Assembly: GCA_964016885.1 (NCBI GenBank)
Contig: OZ024744.1
Coordinates: 72,354,001-72,418,000 of the forward strand
Origin: Eledone cirrhosa
Taxonomy: Eukaryota
Direction: 5' to 3'
DNA: 64,000 bases
Shown here: positions 41,765 through 54,852 of the stretch, one piece after another
Layout: the number at the start of each line of letters is the position of its first letter
Numbering within the stretch: the stretch's first letter is position 1
Notes under the pieces: generated by a model
What the model was told of the DNA's origin: nothing
Seen by the model: the letters and a program-made list of their open reading frames with translations, nothing else
Database searches by the model: none
Made by a program: the position numbers and the translations under genes

Positions 41765-42100
41765 GAATTGGCAGTATCGGTAGAGGGTCGGACGCCATGC
41801 TTTGACGCATAGAGTTACGGCCCTTGCCATTCTGAGTTCAAATCCCGCCGAGGTTAACTTTGCCTTTCATCCTTACGGGGTCGATAAAATAAAGTACCAG
41901 TAATGTACTTGTGCCAAAAGTAGAAACAATTATTTATTTAAGATTGGCATTATCGGTAGAGGGTTGGACGCCATGCTTTGCAGCCTAGTGTTACGGTCCT
42001 TTATGGTCTGAGTTCAAATCCCGCCAAGGTTAACTTTGCCTTTCATCCTTACCAGTAATGTACTGGGTAATTGCTGGCCCTGTGCCAAAAGTAGAAACAA
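41765..42100 (+). mobile_element. Two tandem tRNA-derived SINEs
   Basis: Same family as 44469. Confidence 0.8.
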
Positions 42101-43882
42101 TATTTATTTATGTTCATACACGGAACAAAAATGCTACCTAATATTTCAAGGCCCAATATTAACCATATCTCCTGAATGTAAGAGGGGTCAAAATTTTGAT
42201 CTAATCTTTTAAGCTTCAGATAGATTATATTATATGCTATTTTTCTTTCTGACTCCTCGCGCCATGAGTTAAAATCCGGTCGAAGTCAACTTCGCCTTTC
42301 ATCTTATTCGAGATCGATAAAATAAAACCTCACTCCAGGCTGGTGAATTGGCAAAATTATTAGATCGTTGGATTAGAAGCTTTGTAGCAGCCTTTCTGGA
42401 ACTTAGCGTCCAAATTCTCCTTGGAGTTTCAAACCTGACCAATGGCCAAAGCTAAGCCCCCAACCATAATACCGCATTTGAACATAATACTTGAAATTGC
42501 TGTAGAAGGGTTGTGGCTGATTGGCTACTGTCGCACCGTATAACAATCCAGAAAGTGGTGGTGGGGAGTGATTGAAGTTTGAGATCGATGGTGAAAGAGC
42601 TAGAAACCACAGAGTTATACACACAACCTGGGATTGTGCCTCTGAGATGTTATCTACATGCACACCAAACACTACCAACCATTCTAGTTCATGGGCTACT
42701 CCACTCCTTCTGTGTCAGCTCTTTTTAACAGCGACGCTCTTTAATGTACTATCGGTCTGAGTTGCTGATTGGTGAGGAAAATGATATATATATATATATA
42801 TATGTTGACGGATTATGATCACTGGGTGATTAGTCCAAAAGGTGATTGGACATCTGGGTAGATAAACGGATATTGGAGAAAGATGATTGATCCGAAAGAT
42901 GATGACGTATACATCTCTATTGATGGACTAAACACATTTGTTGATTGATTCAAAGATGATGAACTGGCCATATCTCTTGTTCCAAGCCTGTAATGTTCCT
43001 AGACGGTTATTGACGCAAGTTTGTGTAACTATGTTCGAGTCTGAGGTAACACAAGTATAACATGAGGCATGGGGTATTCGTTACACTCCAATAATTCCAT
43101 TCTTAATATTTGTCCCCATCAAAATGTGCTGCCTGCAAATTTAGCAGCCATTGTAATTTAAGCAAGTCCCTATTCTGTAAAGAACCTTATATTCGAGTCT
43201 ATTTTAGAATGCTGTTCATATGAAAACTACACTTTATAGGAAATTATTAGCAAGAACTAGAAAAAGATTGCTCTTGGTAATAGAAGTAATAGAAAACCGA
43301 AGTTTATGCAATCACCTGATCTCAGTCATTTTCACACTCATTCCCTCACTCACTATTTCTAGCTCCCTCCATTCCATTCTGCATTTCTCTCTGTGTTTTT
43401 CTGTCTCTCTTATTCTCTCTCTCTCTCTTTCTCTCTCTCCCATTATCTCCCTCTCACCCTCTCTCATATACGCACACGCTATCTATCTCTATATTTCTAT
43501 GTAGTCTATTTCTATGCGCAAGTCAATGGTTGATGTGTTTAGTCTTCCACGTCTGATTTGTTACTATTCATATAATATTACAGAACGATTTCACTTTAAG
43601 TATCTTCCGAGTCTCTCGTAAAGATTGAATCACCAGAAAATTTATATTTTCGAGATGTTCTTTGAGTTATAACTGTTTAGAACAGAAGTTCTCAAACTTT
43701 TGGGCCACCGCCCCACTCACGCCTCACGGCCATGTAATACCCTCAGCGGACCCTCAGCGGACCCTCACGGCCATGTAACACCCTCAGTGGCCCCCAACCC
43801 TATTTCCAGAGAGACCTGCCTACACGCAAAATATATAATAAATAAAATCGTTAATTGATATATATATATATACTAAATAATA

Positions 43883-44391
43883 CTAGCAGAATGGCCCGGC
43901 GTTGCTCGGGATTTGCTCTAGGGTTCTTATATATTTGATATATATTTATCCTTATCGAGCCTCGTGAAATAAATACGTTTGTTTATATTTTGTTATTGTG
44001 TATGCAAAAATATCTGTACACGAATATATAATTATATATATATTAAAATAACACATTAAAGTTTAAGCAAAGAATCGCTGCTTTCACCCCACCCTTAACG
44101 GGATCTTCTGAAACTAAAAAAATTAATCTGTGAACGCAGAAGTAAATATTTCGAAAAACGTTACACACACTATATATATATATACACACACACATATAGC
44201 GTCATAATGTTGTAATGCAGACACCCAGACATACAGACAGATATTATAAGGGCGCGACGTTATAGCTATCTAATGCGGTCCCCAGGGCATTGAAAACTTG
44301 AAATATTTTTTGCTCAAAACACTCACAGAACCATAATTATTACATGTGTAAAGTTTGAAAACAATCGATTGGGTGGTTCTCGATATATAGA
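43883..44391 (-). mobile_element. Non-autonomous Helitron
   Basis: Minus strand A|TC ... cccgagcaacgccggg hairpin ... CTAG|T, no TSD. Empty site in the paralogous MITE near 49050. Fragments at 8475-8620 and 62855-62900. Confidence 0.85.
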
Positions 44392-44468
44392 TAATATTTA
44401 CTATGTATAAAGAAATATATATATATTTTATTTTACTATATTTATAAATAATATGTATCATAGTATAT

Positions 44469-44686
44469 GGGGGCGGTGGATTGGCAGTATCGGTAGAGAG
44501 TCGGACGCCATGCTTTGCAGCAAAGAGTTACGGCCCTTTATGGTCTGAGTTCAAATCCCGCCGAGGTTAACTTTGCCTTTCATCCTCACGGGGTCGATAA
44601 AATAAAGTACCAGTCACACACTGGGGTCGATTTAATCGACTTTCCCCTCCCCCAAAATCACTGGCCTTGTGCCTATATAAGAAACC
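44469..44686 (+). mobile_element. Full-length tRNA-derived SINE (Nin/Deu-type core) with 19-bp TSD
   Basis: A box tggcagtatcgg, B box gagttcaaatcc, core gcctttcatcc..ggggtcgataaaataaagtacc; TSD aatatgtatcatagtatat at 44450-44468 and 44687-44705. Confidence 0.9.
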
Positions 44687-45055
44687 AATATGTATCATAG
44701 TATATTAAATATACTATTATATCATCTCTACCGTCTCCTACCCGTTTGAGGGGGGTAGCGCCCACTTTGAGAACCTCTGCTTTAGAATACAAACCCCAAA
44801 TTTAAAAAAAAAAAAACATTTCCCTTAACACTGTTATTTACCTATACACTACGTTTCTATCAGTTTCATCGCTGATATCATAAAGGTCTTCGGTGTTGGA
44901 TGCTGTGACTTCAACGTGGGTTAATAACATTCACAACCCACTTGTCTTGTAAATACAGACAATTTCCCTCGCTATTCGTGTAGTGCCCAGCACCACATTA
45001 TCTAATGAGTCCTCTTACTATGCGAGGACAGACCGATACAATGGATGATAAGGGA

Positions 45056-45099
<44 letters not shown>

Positions 45100-45102
<3 letters not shown>

Positions 45103-45307
45103 CGAAGGAATTGTGGTAAGGAACCAGATGGACCATAACGCACCAGAGTACTCAATACTTAGGGTAGTAGAGTGGGTAATAGGAAAATGTATGACCCCCA
45201 CGGCAGAGCTCAAGCCGTTTCGACGGCTATTTCTGGACTGGACTATTAGTACAGAAATAGCCGTCGAAACGGCTTGAGCTCTGCCGTGGGGTCATACTTT
45301 TTCCTAT
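45100..45307 (-). mobile_element. Family B fold-back element
   Basis: Same architecture, turn at atttctggac...cagaaat. Confidence 0.85.
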
Positions 45308-45502
45308 ATATATATATATATACATACATATATATAGAACTGGTCATTCCGTATAGTTAACCTTGATGTAATATTAGGGAGAACACTCAACGTAATGCAA
45401 CTCACCCGTCTTCGTTTGTGTAGTTGGTGGTGCGAGTACGGAGTTAATTATTATAAAATAACAGGAGGCTTGACTGGTGTAATTCCTTAAAGGTTTATTA
45501 TA

Positions 45503-45558
45503 TTATGAACATTTCAATGACCGGGTTCAGTATGAATCCGGTGACATCATCAGGTATT
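45503..45558 (-). ncRNA. Hammerhead-like core, degenerate
   Basis: CTGATGA-tgtcaccgg...ccggtcatt-GAAA-tgttc. Confidence 0.45.
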
Positions 45559-45603
45559 CGAAATATAACAACCAACCAAATAAACAAACAGACAGGAACT
45601 ACA

Positions 45604-45663
<60 letters not shown>

Positions 45664-46273
45664 TGTAGTTCCTGTGTGTTTGTTTGTTTATTTTGTTGGT
45701 TGTTTGTTTGTTCAGGAACTCCTCCTATGGTTTTCGAGATAGACCCCCATAACCATATATATTCTGAAACTACATTGCCCAGGATAAGTATATTTCATTT
45801 TAATCAAAGGGTTCCCCGGGGGCACAAACTCCGCTGAAAATGTTTTCCCTTTGATTTATATGAAATTTAAACCATAGATGATGCCTATTCACAAAAGTTT
45901 TGAATTGATATTTTGAAAAAAATTATTTACAAGAAACAAAATACGAATAAGTTTTAATAATGTAATTTTGATTTGATATATTACAAAAAATAATTGTTTC
46001 TACATTTGGCACAAGGCCGGCCAGCAATTACCCAGTGCATTACTGGTACTTTATTTTATCGACCCCGTAAGGATGAAAGGCAAAGTTAACCTCGGCGGGA
46101 TTTGAACTCAGAATGGCAATGTTTTCCAATTTTTCATGCATTACATTTTACATTGAGTAATATTGAAATGCAGTTTTTCTCCATAAATTATATCACTGAT
46201 TTAAAATCAATCATCATTTTCTTACAAAAAAAAAAATGTGTGAAACGCAACAAGGCGCGGGTAATTCGGCTAG

Positions 46274-46341
<68 letters not shown>

Positions 46342-46516
46342 TAAACGGAAAAGAAAATGGTGACAAATTGTTCCCAGTGAAAAATAGTTTAATTAGAAAT
46401 AAGTAAAAATTAGTAATAGTATTAGTAACAGTTTTGGTTTTAAGTTTTACCGGTTGCGCATTTCTAATGCTTTTCAAAAATAATTTTGAGATAGAGCGAA
46501 GTGATGTTTGCTCTAA

Positions 46517-46600
<84 letters not shown>

Positions 46601-46684
46601 CAAAGTACAAAACAAAAACAATAATAAGGAGTGCAGTTACGAACAATGTTGGTATTAGGTTCACGCTTGAGAGTGGGGGTGGGG

Positions 46685-46720
46685 TACGACGTTTCGGGCA
46701 TAAGCCCTTCATCTGGAGAA
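46685..46720 (-). ncRNA. Degenerate Penelope-type hammerhead
   Basis: CAGATGA-agggcttatgccc-GAAACGTC (core T>A). Confidence 0.6.
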
Positions 46721-47126
46721 AGGTGGGAAGGAAAAGATCCTGGGGGGGGGGTGAAAAAATTAAAATGAAAGCAAGTGGTAAGAGAGTGTGAGGCGTGTGT
46801 AGGTGGTGGTGGGTGGATAGTGTGTGTGTGTGTGTGTGTATGTGTGTGCGTGTTTGTATTAGTGTGTGTGTATGTATGTGTGTGTGTGCAAAAAATAATA
46901 CTGCAGGATAACAGAGTACAATAATGAAACATTTAGTGTGTCACATATAAGAAGTTATAATAAAATTCGTGACGTTTGGACGCTAGTCCTTCCTTGGTTG
47001 GTGGATACAAGGCGAAGAGGAAATATGTGGGAGAGAAAAGTCAAGAGAGATGAGACAGAGAAACTTACGGTAAGCTTATCAGCAAGAACAATAAGGAAAG
47101 AACTCAATGGAAGGAGAGTTGATATA

Positions 47127-47199
<73 letters not shown>

Positions 47200-47524
47200 A
47201 GTAGAATAAGTCGAAAACAAACTTTTTTCGGAGTTTCACCACATGTGGTGAGTAAAGCAACACACTAGCTTTTTCGGGTTAAATCATATCGCCCTTTCAT
47301 TTTTATTCCATCAATATTCCCTTCGCTGATAAATATAAAAGATTGCAGTTAAGCATTTCAGAGATTATTGTCGCGTGTTCAGAATAAATCTATAGTTATT
47401 CAATTATGTTTCAAAAGAAATTAACGTTGTACAAATCACATTGACTATTTCAGGTTTATCCTGCATTCTATTTGACATAGAGATGTAGAAATTTTCTCTG
47501 TAGACAGAATCATAGCTGTAGCTT

Positions 47525-47565
47525 TCTTCTGATGAGGAGACAATAAATTCCGAAATGCATAACGG
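47525..47565 (+). ncRNA. Hammerhead-like core
   Basis: CTGATGA-ggagacaataaattcc-GAAA with palindromic ATGCAT stem III; stem I poor. Confidence 0.5.
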
Positions 47566-47641
47566 TAAATTCTCATGGTTTTCTGTGTAAAGTGGAAATA
47601 GAAGAGACACATAATTATTTTTATCATTATTTTCCCATTTA

Positions 47642-47832
47642 GACGGTGGATTGGCAGTATCGGTAGATGGTCGGACGCCATGCTTTGACGCATAGAGTTA
47701 CGGCTCTTGTCATTCTGAGTTCAAATACCGTCGAGGTTAACTTTGCCTTTCATCCTTATGGGGTCGATAAAATAAAGTACCAGTAATACACTGAATAATT
47801 GCTGGCCTTGTGCCAAAAGTAGAAACAATTAT
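47642..47832 (+). mobile_element. tRNA-derived SINE
   Basis: Same family as 44469. Confidence 0.85.
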
Positions 47833-48170
47833 TTTCCTATCTAATTTACTTCACAACTAATCCTCTTTGCTTTTCTTCTTTTTTCCTGCCTTCATGTTCT
47901 TTATTCTGTTATTCCAATCAGTCTTTTTTTTTTATTTTATTGGTGTCTTTCTCCCCTTTTTCTTTTCTTTGTCCTTCTTCTCCCTCTCCTTCCTCTCCTC
48001 CCTTTTTCTTTCCTTCTCTGCCTCTATCTCCTCTTTTCCTTCATAGTAATCTTCCTTTATATATGCATCTCTCCAATCTACCTAACTTGACAGTCTTCAG
48101 TGTCTTGTGACCTTGCAAACTTATAGCAGAAACTCCAAAGTATTAGGACACTAACTCGACCTCAGAATCA

Positions 48171-48224
<54 letters not shown>

Positions 48225-48871
48225 TGTGTGTGTGTGTGAGTGTGTGTATGTGTGTGTGTGCCTATGTATGTATGTGTGTAGGTCTATGTGTGCGTGTCTA
48301 TGTGTGTGTCAGTGTGTGTGTGTGTGTGTGTCCTGTGTCTGTGTGTGCCTGTGTGTGTGTCTGTCTGTCTGTGTGCGTCTATGTGTGTGTCTGTGTGTGT
48401 CTCTTATGTGCCTGTGTGTTGTCTGTATGTATGTGTCTGTGTGTATGTCTATATGTGTCCATGTGTGTGTGTGTGTATCTGTGGGTCTGTCTGTGTGTGC
48501 GTTTGTGTGTATGTTTATGTGTGCCCATGTGTGTGTGTGTGTGTGTGTGTGTGTGATGTGTCTGTACGCCCTCGTGCTGAATATTTTACAGTATCACAAC
48601 CCATCTACAAATGAAAAACAAAAACTATCAAAACAATGATCCTTGGAAGTGGAAGCTATCAGTGCGTCTCTTGAATCTGACTTTATTCCCAAAGGAATTA
48701 TGTCTATCAATACAGTATCACATTCAAGAAAGCAATGCTTAATGTGTATGAGCGCCGCCTAGTCTGTGAGGCGAAACTGGTCAGTATGACGCCTTCTAAT
48801 CTTGTTGCTGCTGATGTTTAACACTATGTGGGCTCTTATTGAGCAGATCTATTATCAAAGATATTCTAGTC

Positions 48872-49207
48872 CAAAGTGGACGCTACCGATCCCCCGCCCC
48901 CCGGATGCGTTGAGAAGGTCCGTGGGGGCGCTGGGACCTAAGAGGGCGCTACAGATGATATAATAGTATATTAAATATCAAATGATACATATTATATATA
49001 AATATAGTAAAATAAAAAATATATAATATTTATTTATACATAGTATATATTATATTATTTATTATATATAAATTAACGATTTTATTTATGATATATTATT
49101 TACAATTTAAATGTAGGCAGGTCTCTCTGGAAATAGGGTTGGGGGATACTGAGAGTGTTACGTGGCCGTGAGGCGCGGCGGTGGCCCAAAAAGTTTGAGA
49201 ACCTGTG
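48872..49207 (-). mobile_element. Second copy of the hAT MITE (one TIR partly deleted)
   Basis: Homologous to 43683-44779 without the inserts; TSD ttctagtc on both sides. Confidence 0.8.
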
Positions 49208-50399
49208 TTCTAGTCGTAACCCTCCTATCTATCTTTTTAGCCATATTAAATGAAGGACTAAATTTTCCAATGTGTCTTTCTATAGAAAAAAAGGTGCGAA
49301 TTTACGGACATTAAATTGCTATTTTTGACAATAAAAGCAGTCACTTAGAGAGTCTGTTGTTAGTACGAAATACTTTAGTCATCAGAAATTATGCAATGAA
49401 CCGGGCAAAGAGACGTAATATCAATAAGATGCTAGAGGATACTGCCTCGTGCGATGAGATCTCTGACATCGTTTGACAAATCAAAAACAAACAAAAAATA
49501 ATAATAAATAAATAAAATAAAAAACGAATCGCTTTGGTTATGATTTGGAAGTATTTATAGATGTATCGAAGATACAATACTTTTAAAATAAAATGAAATG
49601 TAGCTCAATTACTGCGCTATCAACATGCTGGGCGACTACAAAGAAATTATCAATTCATAGTAGATCTTTTGTCGATATTGACGATAAACATTCTATTGGT
49701 TTCGATTAACGTATAAATGAATTAACGTGCAAATGGCTGAGTATTTCACAGGCGCGTGTACCTTTAACATAATTCCAAGGCTAAATTAGCGAGACAACAT
49801 TTATGATAATGTTAGATCTTTGATCTAAAAGAGTCCATTTGACAGGCTTCCACACAGTATAGGTTTCCTCAGTTTTCCTCTTAGACATTTCACATATACA
49901 CAAACCCGGTCAGAATTGAGTTGGTCTGTTTAAATTACATAACAGTACAAGAGTTAGTGATGTGAATAACTGATAGAATTACTTGAAAAATACTACACGG
50001 TAATAGTTTTTCTGTACTATAAACATCCATAAATCTGTATTCAAAAGGGGGATAATCTGTCTCTTACGAAGGAGTAATAAACTGTGAAACTATTCAGGCA
50101 AACATTGGTCACGAAGAAGGATCTACTTTTCTGAGTAAGATTGAAATGTGTGATAATTAAAAGAATAAAAATAAATGTTATAACATGTGTAAGTTTACCA
50201 TACATTTTAAATTATTCTATCAATGTGTAATGTGTGTATTATGTGTTTAATTAATTAATTCACACTGCCAACACATACATCCTATGCAAATTAACCAGAC
50301 CGATTTAATTCTGTTGTAGTTTGAGTCAACTATAAATAACTATAAACTAATATTTTCTCTGTTGTGAATAAGTGCGTAATTGATCTCTGATAAAGAGAT

Positions 50400-50580
50400 A
50401 ATTGTTTCTACTTTAGGCACAAGGCCAGCAATTACCCAGTGCATTACTGGTAATTTATTTTATCGACCCCGTAAAGATGAAAGGCAAAGTAAACCTTGGC
50501 GGGATTTTAACTCAGATCGTAAAGGGACGTAACTATGCTGGAAAGCATGGCGTCCGACACTCCACCGAAACTGCCAATCC
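50400..50580 (-). mobile_element. tRNA-derived SINE
   Basis: Same family; other partial copies at 6565-6700, 23495-23550, 38280-38388, 45990-46120, 60645-60725, 61689-61760. Confidence 0.8.
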
Positions 50581-50709
50581 AAATAAATGCCAAAACTAGT
50601 CGGATCGATCATTTTTCTAGCCACAGAGATAACAAAACGTGCCTTAACCAAAGTACATATCTTTATCTTTCTCGCCATCTCTCTCTCTCTCTCGCTCTCT
50701 CTCTCTCTC

Positions 50710-50759
<50 letters not shown>

Positions 50760-51264
50760 CTCCTTCTCTCTCTCTCTCTGTATGTATGTATGTATGTATG
50801 TATATGCGCACAAGCGCAAACGAAAATACCGTGTAAGATTTCTATCCGTACAGGTCACGTCCCTTTACACACAACACAGTCTACTTTGCCTTTCAACATC
50901 CACTTCCGGAGGTCAATAAAATAGATGGCAGTCTATAAGTACTGAGCTTGATACAATCAACAAAAATTGCTTCAGGGCGGTGACTCAGCATGGCCGCAGT
51001 TCAATGAATGAAACCGGAAACAAAATAACAAAATAATAAAAATGTATGACGTGAAGGAAAGAAGGAAGATAAGTAGCCACATTACTTAATTTCTGACTAG
51101 GCGCATGACCCAAGCCACTTTCTCAATGAGGAATCTGGATAATTTATAGGATTGTCTTGTGACCGTAGAGGAAAATAACAGACAAGGTAGGGTTAGGAAT
51201 TTCACCAAGCTGAATGTGTATTTGCGATAGCATGTGGATATATATATAATTATATATATATATA

Positions 51265-51325
<61 letters not shown>

Positions 51326-51589
51326 CGGCGATGAATTAGTTTTGCGAGGTTTTTTATATGAAATCGTGTGTCGAAACAGATATTGTTATATTTGGGGAGG
51401 GTCATATTTGCGTAATATTGCCAGAATTAATAACAGAACACACTCACTGTTTGGTTGGTTTTCGCTTCTCGCTGTCTTTTATATATATATATCTGCGATC
51501 TAACTTACTCGGTCCTCAATGTTGCCATTGACTGACCGGCGGTCAAAAATAATACAGATACAATATAGACAAACACATATATATATAGT

Positions 51590-51635
51590 TTACATAAATC
51601 TTTCGTTGCACATCTGCAACATCGTCAGTGGTGTT
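51590..51635 (-). ncRNA. Hammerhead ribozyme core in 3' pLTR (sense to ORF)
   Basis: Minus strand CTGACGA-t-gttgca-gatg-tgcaac-GAAA-gatt-TA. Stem II is perfect; stem I is weak. Confidence 0.7.
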
Positions 51636-51907
51636 ATATTCATTGTTCCTCCTGTTGTGTTGTATGTCTACGCCATTTTTTTTTTTTTTTGTTCAGTCTG
51701 TCTATATATTTATTTATTTATTTGCTTGTTTGTTTATCTTATTTTATTTTGTCTTCTTTGCGCATGCGTTTGCGTGTGTGTATAGTGTTATGTGTGATGT
51801 GTGACTAGTGTGTATAGTGTTGTGTCTGCTGGGTGACTAGTGTGTGTTTATGTGCTTGTGTATGTATTTATTTATCTTATTTTATTTAATTTAGTTTACT
51901 TATTTAT

Positions 51908-54136
51908 TTATACTTCTCTTAGGTCAGTGTTGTTTGTTTGGGTGTTGTTGTTGTTCCACTCATTCTTTCTGTTTAGCTTTGGTCTTCTAATTTCTATTTC
52001 ACTGGCCTCTCTGATTTGCCTATCTGCTGGGTCATTCCTATGTTTAGATATTATTCTAATTTCTATGTTGTCTATGTTACCGTCATGATGTTGTCTAGCA
52101 TGTTCGTATAGTACTGACCCGTTTTTTCGTCCTTTTAGTTCCCCCCAGTGTTGGTCTATCCTTTCACCTATGCTACGAGCTGTCTCACCTATGTATGTTG
52201 TTGTCGTGTTTCTGCAAGTACCCTCTGTACATCTTATGCTATAGACTACGTTTCTAGTTTTACAGTTTATCCGGGGGTTCACCTTACATATGATACATTT
52301 CCTATTGGTACAGTGGGTTTTCTTAAAAGGGTAGGTTTTGCTGATCAGGGATTTTATGGTGGTTCCTGGCTTTTCTACCACCTTTATTTTTAAGTGGGTC
52401 TTTCTCAGGGCCTTTCTACACTGGTTAGCTAATTTCCCTCCAGGGGTGGCGTCCACAAACATGACACTCTGATATCTCTGGTTGTCGTACCATGATGTGG
52501 CCTTCCCTATCTTATATCTAGCCCTATCTAAGCTATTCCATGATTTGCTCCTGTATAGTGGGCAAATTCCTTTCATGTCCAGTTCTATGAGGGTCTTATA
52601 CTTTTCCATGGCTCCTTCGTATACTCTGACTCTGTCTCTTTGGTTGTAGCCAGAGAACTGCATGCGGTTGATGAAGTGTTGGATGTGTCCTTCCATTTCT
52701 GTTGGGTCGCACATGCTGGACACATTCTTCATCACTCGTACCAAATCTGCGATCAGAATATTAAACTTAGCACTACTGGACATTGCTGAGTTTTTGAGTA
52801 TCAGGTATTTGGAGGCCATGGGTTTAGCATAGTGTGAGTGGAGAATTTGGGCTCTCTCGTCTATAGTGTTGATCCAGAGTTCTGTGTCTAATACAGGTAG
52901 TCTATTGTTAGGGTGTTTGGAAGGGAAGTCTATAGTTACAGTTATACTCTGGTGTATGGAATTAGCTATCTGCTGGATGCTTTCCATCGTGCTACGTTCT
53001 AAATCAAACTTGTTAGTGCTCTCTAGTGGGGGTGTTCTTATAACTATATTGATATCGTCTACATAACGAGAGTACATGATGAGGTCTATGGAGCTTTCAT
53101 TAAGGAGATCTTTAAGTCTCCTTTCCCACCATACCATGAAAAGGTTGGCAACATCGCCAGCTATGCTGACGCCGATGGCTGCTCCCTCATTTTGGGTGTA
53201 GATTTTCTCATTGAACTTAAATATGTGGCCCTTTAGGGTAGTTTTGATACTAGCCCCTATTGCATGTGCGACCATTTTTCTTACCTGATCAGTGTTTTGG
53301 GGGGTCCGTATAGCTTTGGTCCACCCAATCCACCTTCCTATGGGAGTCTTTTTAGCCATTGAGGTTATGGTGGGGGGTCTACCTCTTATAGGTCTACTAG
53401 GGCAGAAACATCTAAGGTCATGGCTGTCTAGGTAGTCAGTGTCGTAGGTAAGTCTAAGTAGGAGGCCCAGTTCGTCTGTGTCGACGTCGCAGAACTCCAC
53501 CTCACTCTCAATGATCATCTCCACACATCTTTTCACAGCAAAATCAATGTTAATGGATGGGTACAGTGACACCACATCCATGCTGCCTATTATGCAGTTG
53601 GATAGGCTCCTGTTTTTGTTGCACTCACTGATTCTGCTGAGGAGGTCCTCTGTACTTTCACATACATCTGGGGACATCTTGATTATGGGGCGTATAACCA
53701 TTGAGAGGAAGTAGGAGATCCTGTAGTTGCTAGCTATATTAGCTCCGCATACAGGTCTTGTTGGTGGTCCTATTGTCGGGTCGTCGACTGTCTTGTGGTC
53801 TTTGCGGAGCCCATACAAGGGTGGTATGCCATTGTTAGACGCCTGGAAGTTGTTGGCAGTGCGTCTGCTTGGCTTTAGGATGTCAGTCCACATCATCATG
53901 TGAGCCTTGAGGATTTTTTCTCTCCCATCGTGTGTTAGTTGTGCAACTTCGCTCGTGTTGGTGATGTGGGGTTGCATTGCCTCGATGTAGTTCGGCATGC
54001 TATCTATTGACATCCTACCAGACTTATCTGTGGGTAGACACACTACCTCACCATCCCTTGTGCGCTGCTTGAGGCTAACCAAGCCTTCTACAGGTTTTAT
54101 CCCAAGTTGTTGGGCCTCTGGTCTGCTCTGTCTCAT
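51908..54136 (-). CDS. Penelope-like retroelement ORF: reverse transcriptase + C-terminal GIY-YIG endonuclease (5'-truncated)
   Basis: 742 aa with no stops. PLE/RT motifs TDKSG, PPLYGLRKDHK, RPVCG, SMDVVSLYPSI, QNEGAAIG, YSRYVDD, LPVLD. Cys linker CTNRKCIIC..C, then VVYSIRC...TYIGETARS...HARQHH...REASEI...LN (GIY-YIG). The frame stays open upstream to about 54221 (IPQQIDDETEAQF...), so the ATG is probably internal. Confidence 0.95.
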   Translation of the reverse strand: MRQSRPEAQQLGIKPVEGLVSLKQRTRDGEVVCLPTDKSGRMSIDSMPNYIEAMQPHITNTSEVAQLTHDGREKILKAHMMMWTDILKPSRRTANNFQASNNGIPPLYGLRKDHKTVDDPTIGPPTRPVCGANIASNYRISYFLSMVIRPIIKMSPDVCESTEDLLSRISECNKNRSLSNCIIGSMDVVSLYPSINIDFAVKRCVEMIIESEVEFCDVDTDELGLLLRLTYDTDYLDSHDLRCFCPSRPIRGRPPTITSMAKKTPIGRWIGWTKAIRTPQNTDQVRKMVAHAIGASIKTTLKGHIFKFNEKIYTQNEGAAIGVSIAGDVANLFMVWWERRLKDLLNESSIDLIMYSRYVDDINIVIRTPPLESTNKFDLERSTMESIQQIANSIHQSITVTIDFPSKHPNNRLPVLDTELWINTIDERAQILHSHYAKPMASKYLILKNSAMSSSAKFNILIADLVRVMKNVSSMCDPTEMEGHIQHFINRMQFSGYNQRDRVRVYEGAMEKYKTLIELDMKGICPLYRSKSWNSLDRARYKIGKATSWYDNQRYQSVMFVDATPGGKLANQCRKALRKTHLKIKVVEKPGTTIKSLISKTYPFKKTHCTNRKCIICKVNPRINCKTRNVVYSIRCTEGTCRNTTTTYIGETARSIGERIDQHWGELKGRKNGSVLYEHARQHHDGNIDNIEIRIISKHRNDPADRQIREASEIEIRRPKLNRKNEWNNNNTQTNNTDLREV

Positions 54137-54231
54137 AGTGTACCTGTCTACTACTTGTCTAATCTTATTTCTAGCTATGGTGAACTGTGCCTCCGTCTCG
54201 TCATCTATTTGTTGTGGTATGCAATGAATAT

Positions 54232-54277
54232 AACACCACTGACGATGTTGCAGATGTGCAACGAAAGATTTATGTAA
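54232..54277 (+). ncRNA. Hammerhead ribozyme core in inverted 5' pLTR
   Basis: CTGACGA at 54239, gttgca/tgcaac stem, GAAA at 54263. Confidence 0.7.
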
Positions 54278-54479
54278 ACTATATATATATGTGTTTGTCT
54301 ATATTGTATCTGTATTATTTTTGACCGCCGGTCAGTCAATGGCAACATTGAGGACCGAGTAAGTTAGATCGCAGATATATATATATAAAAGACAGCGAGA
54401 AGCGAAAACCAACCAAACAGTGAGTGTGTTCTGTTATTAATTCTGGCAATATTACGCAAATATGACCCTCCCCAAATAT

Positions 54480-54571
<92 letters not shown>

Positions 54572-54613
54572 GCATACATATATATATATTTATATATATA
54601 CACACACATGCAT

Positions 54614-54696
<83 letters not shown>

Positions 54697-54852
54697 TATG
54701 GAAAGATATATGCCCGCCCATAAATGTGTGTGTGTGTGTGTGTGTGTGTATGCTTGTGTGTATATGTTAGTGTATGCCATAGGTCAACGAGGAAAACACC
54801 AGTGGGGAATGAAGAAGTATATTAGTTTAACGCTTGACATAATAGAAAAAGA

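Larger units (their letters stand above)
43683..44779 (+). mobile_element. hAT-type MITE containing nested insertions
   Basis: TIRs cagaagttctcaaa / tttgagaacctctg; 8-bp TSD gtttagaa / ctttagaa. Confidence 0.85.
51325..54487 (-). mobile_element. Penelope-like element with inverted pseudo-LTRs and 3' tail, inserted in (TA)n
   Basis: 51380-51645 and 54222-54487 are reverse complements (266 bp, no mismatch found by eye). An extra 55-bp tail (51325-51379) is present only on the 3' side. Both ends abut (TA)n. Confidence 0.93.

Noticed and set aside
44469-44560. tRNA genes
   Set aside because: A/B boxes belong to SINE heads; no cloverleaf, followed by SINE body
47404-47610. Possible host exon with splice-like sites
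   Set aside because: No recognisable protein; overlaps a hammerhead-like relic
51380-51645. SECIS element or selenocysteine recoding as in Naiad PLEs
   Set aside because: No in-frame TGA in the ORF, endonuclease is C-terminal, no SECIS stem seen
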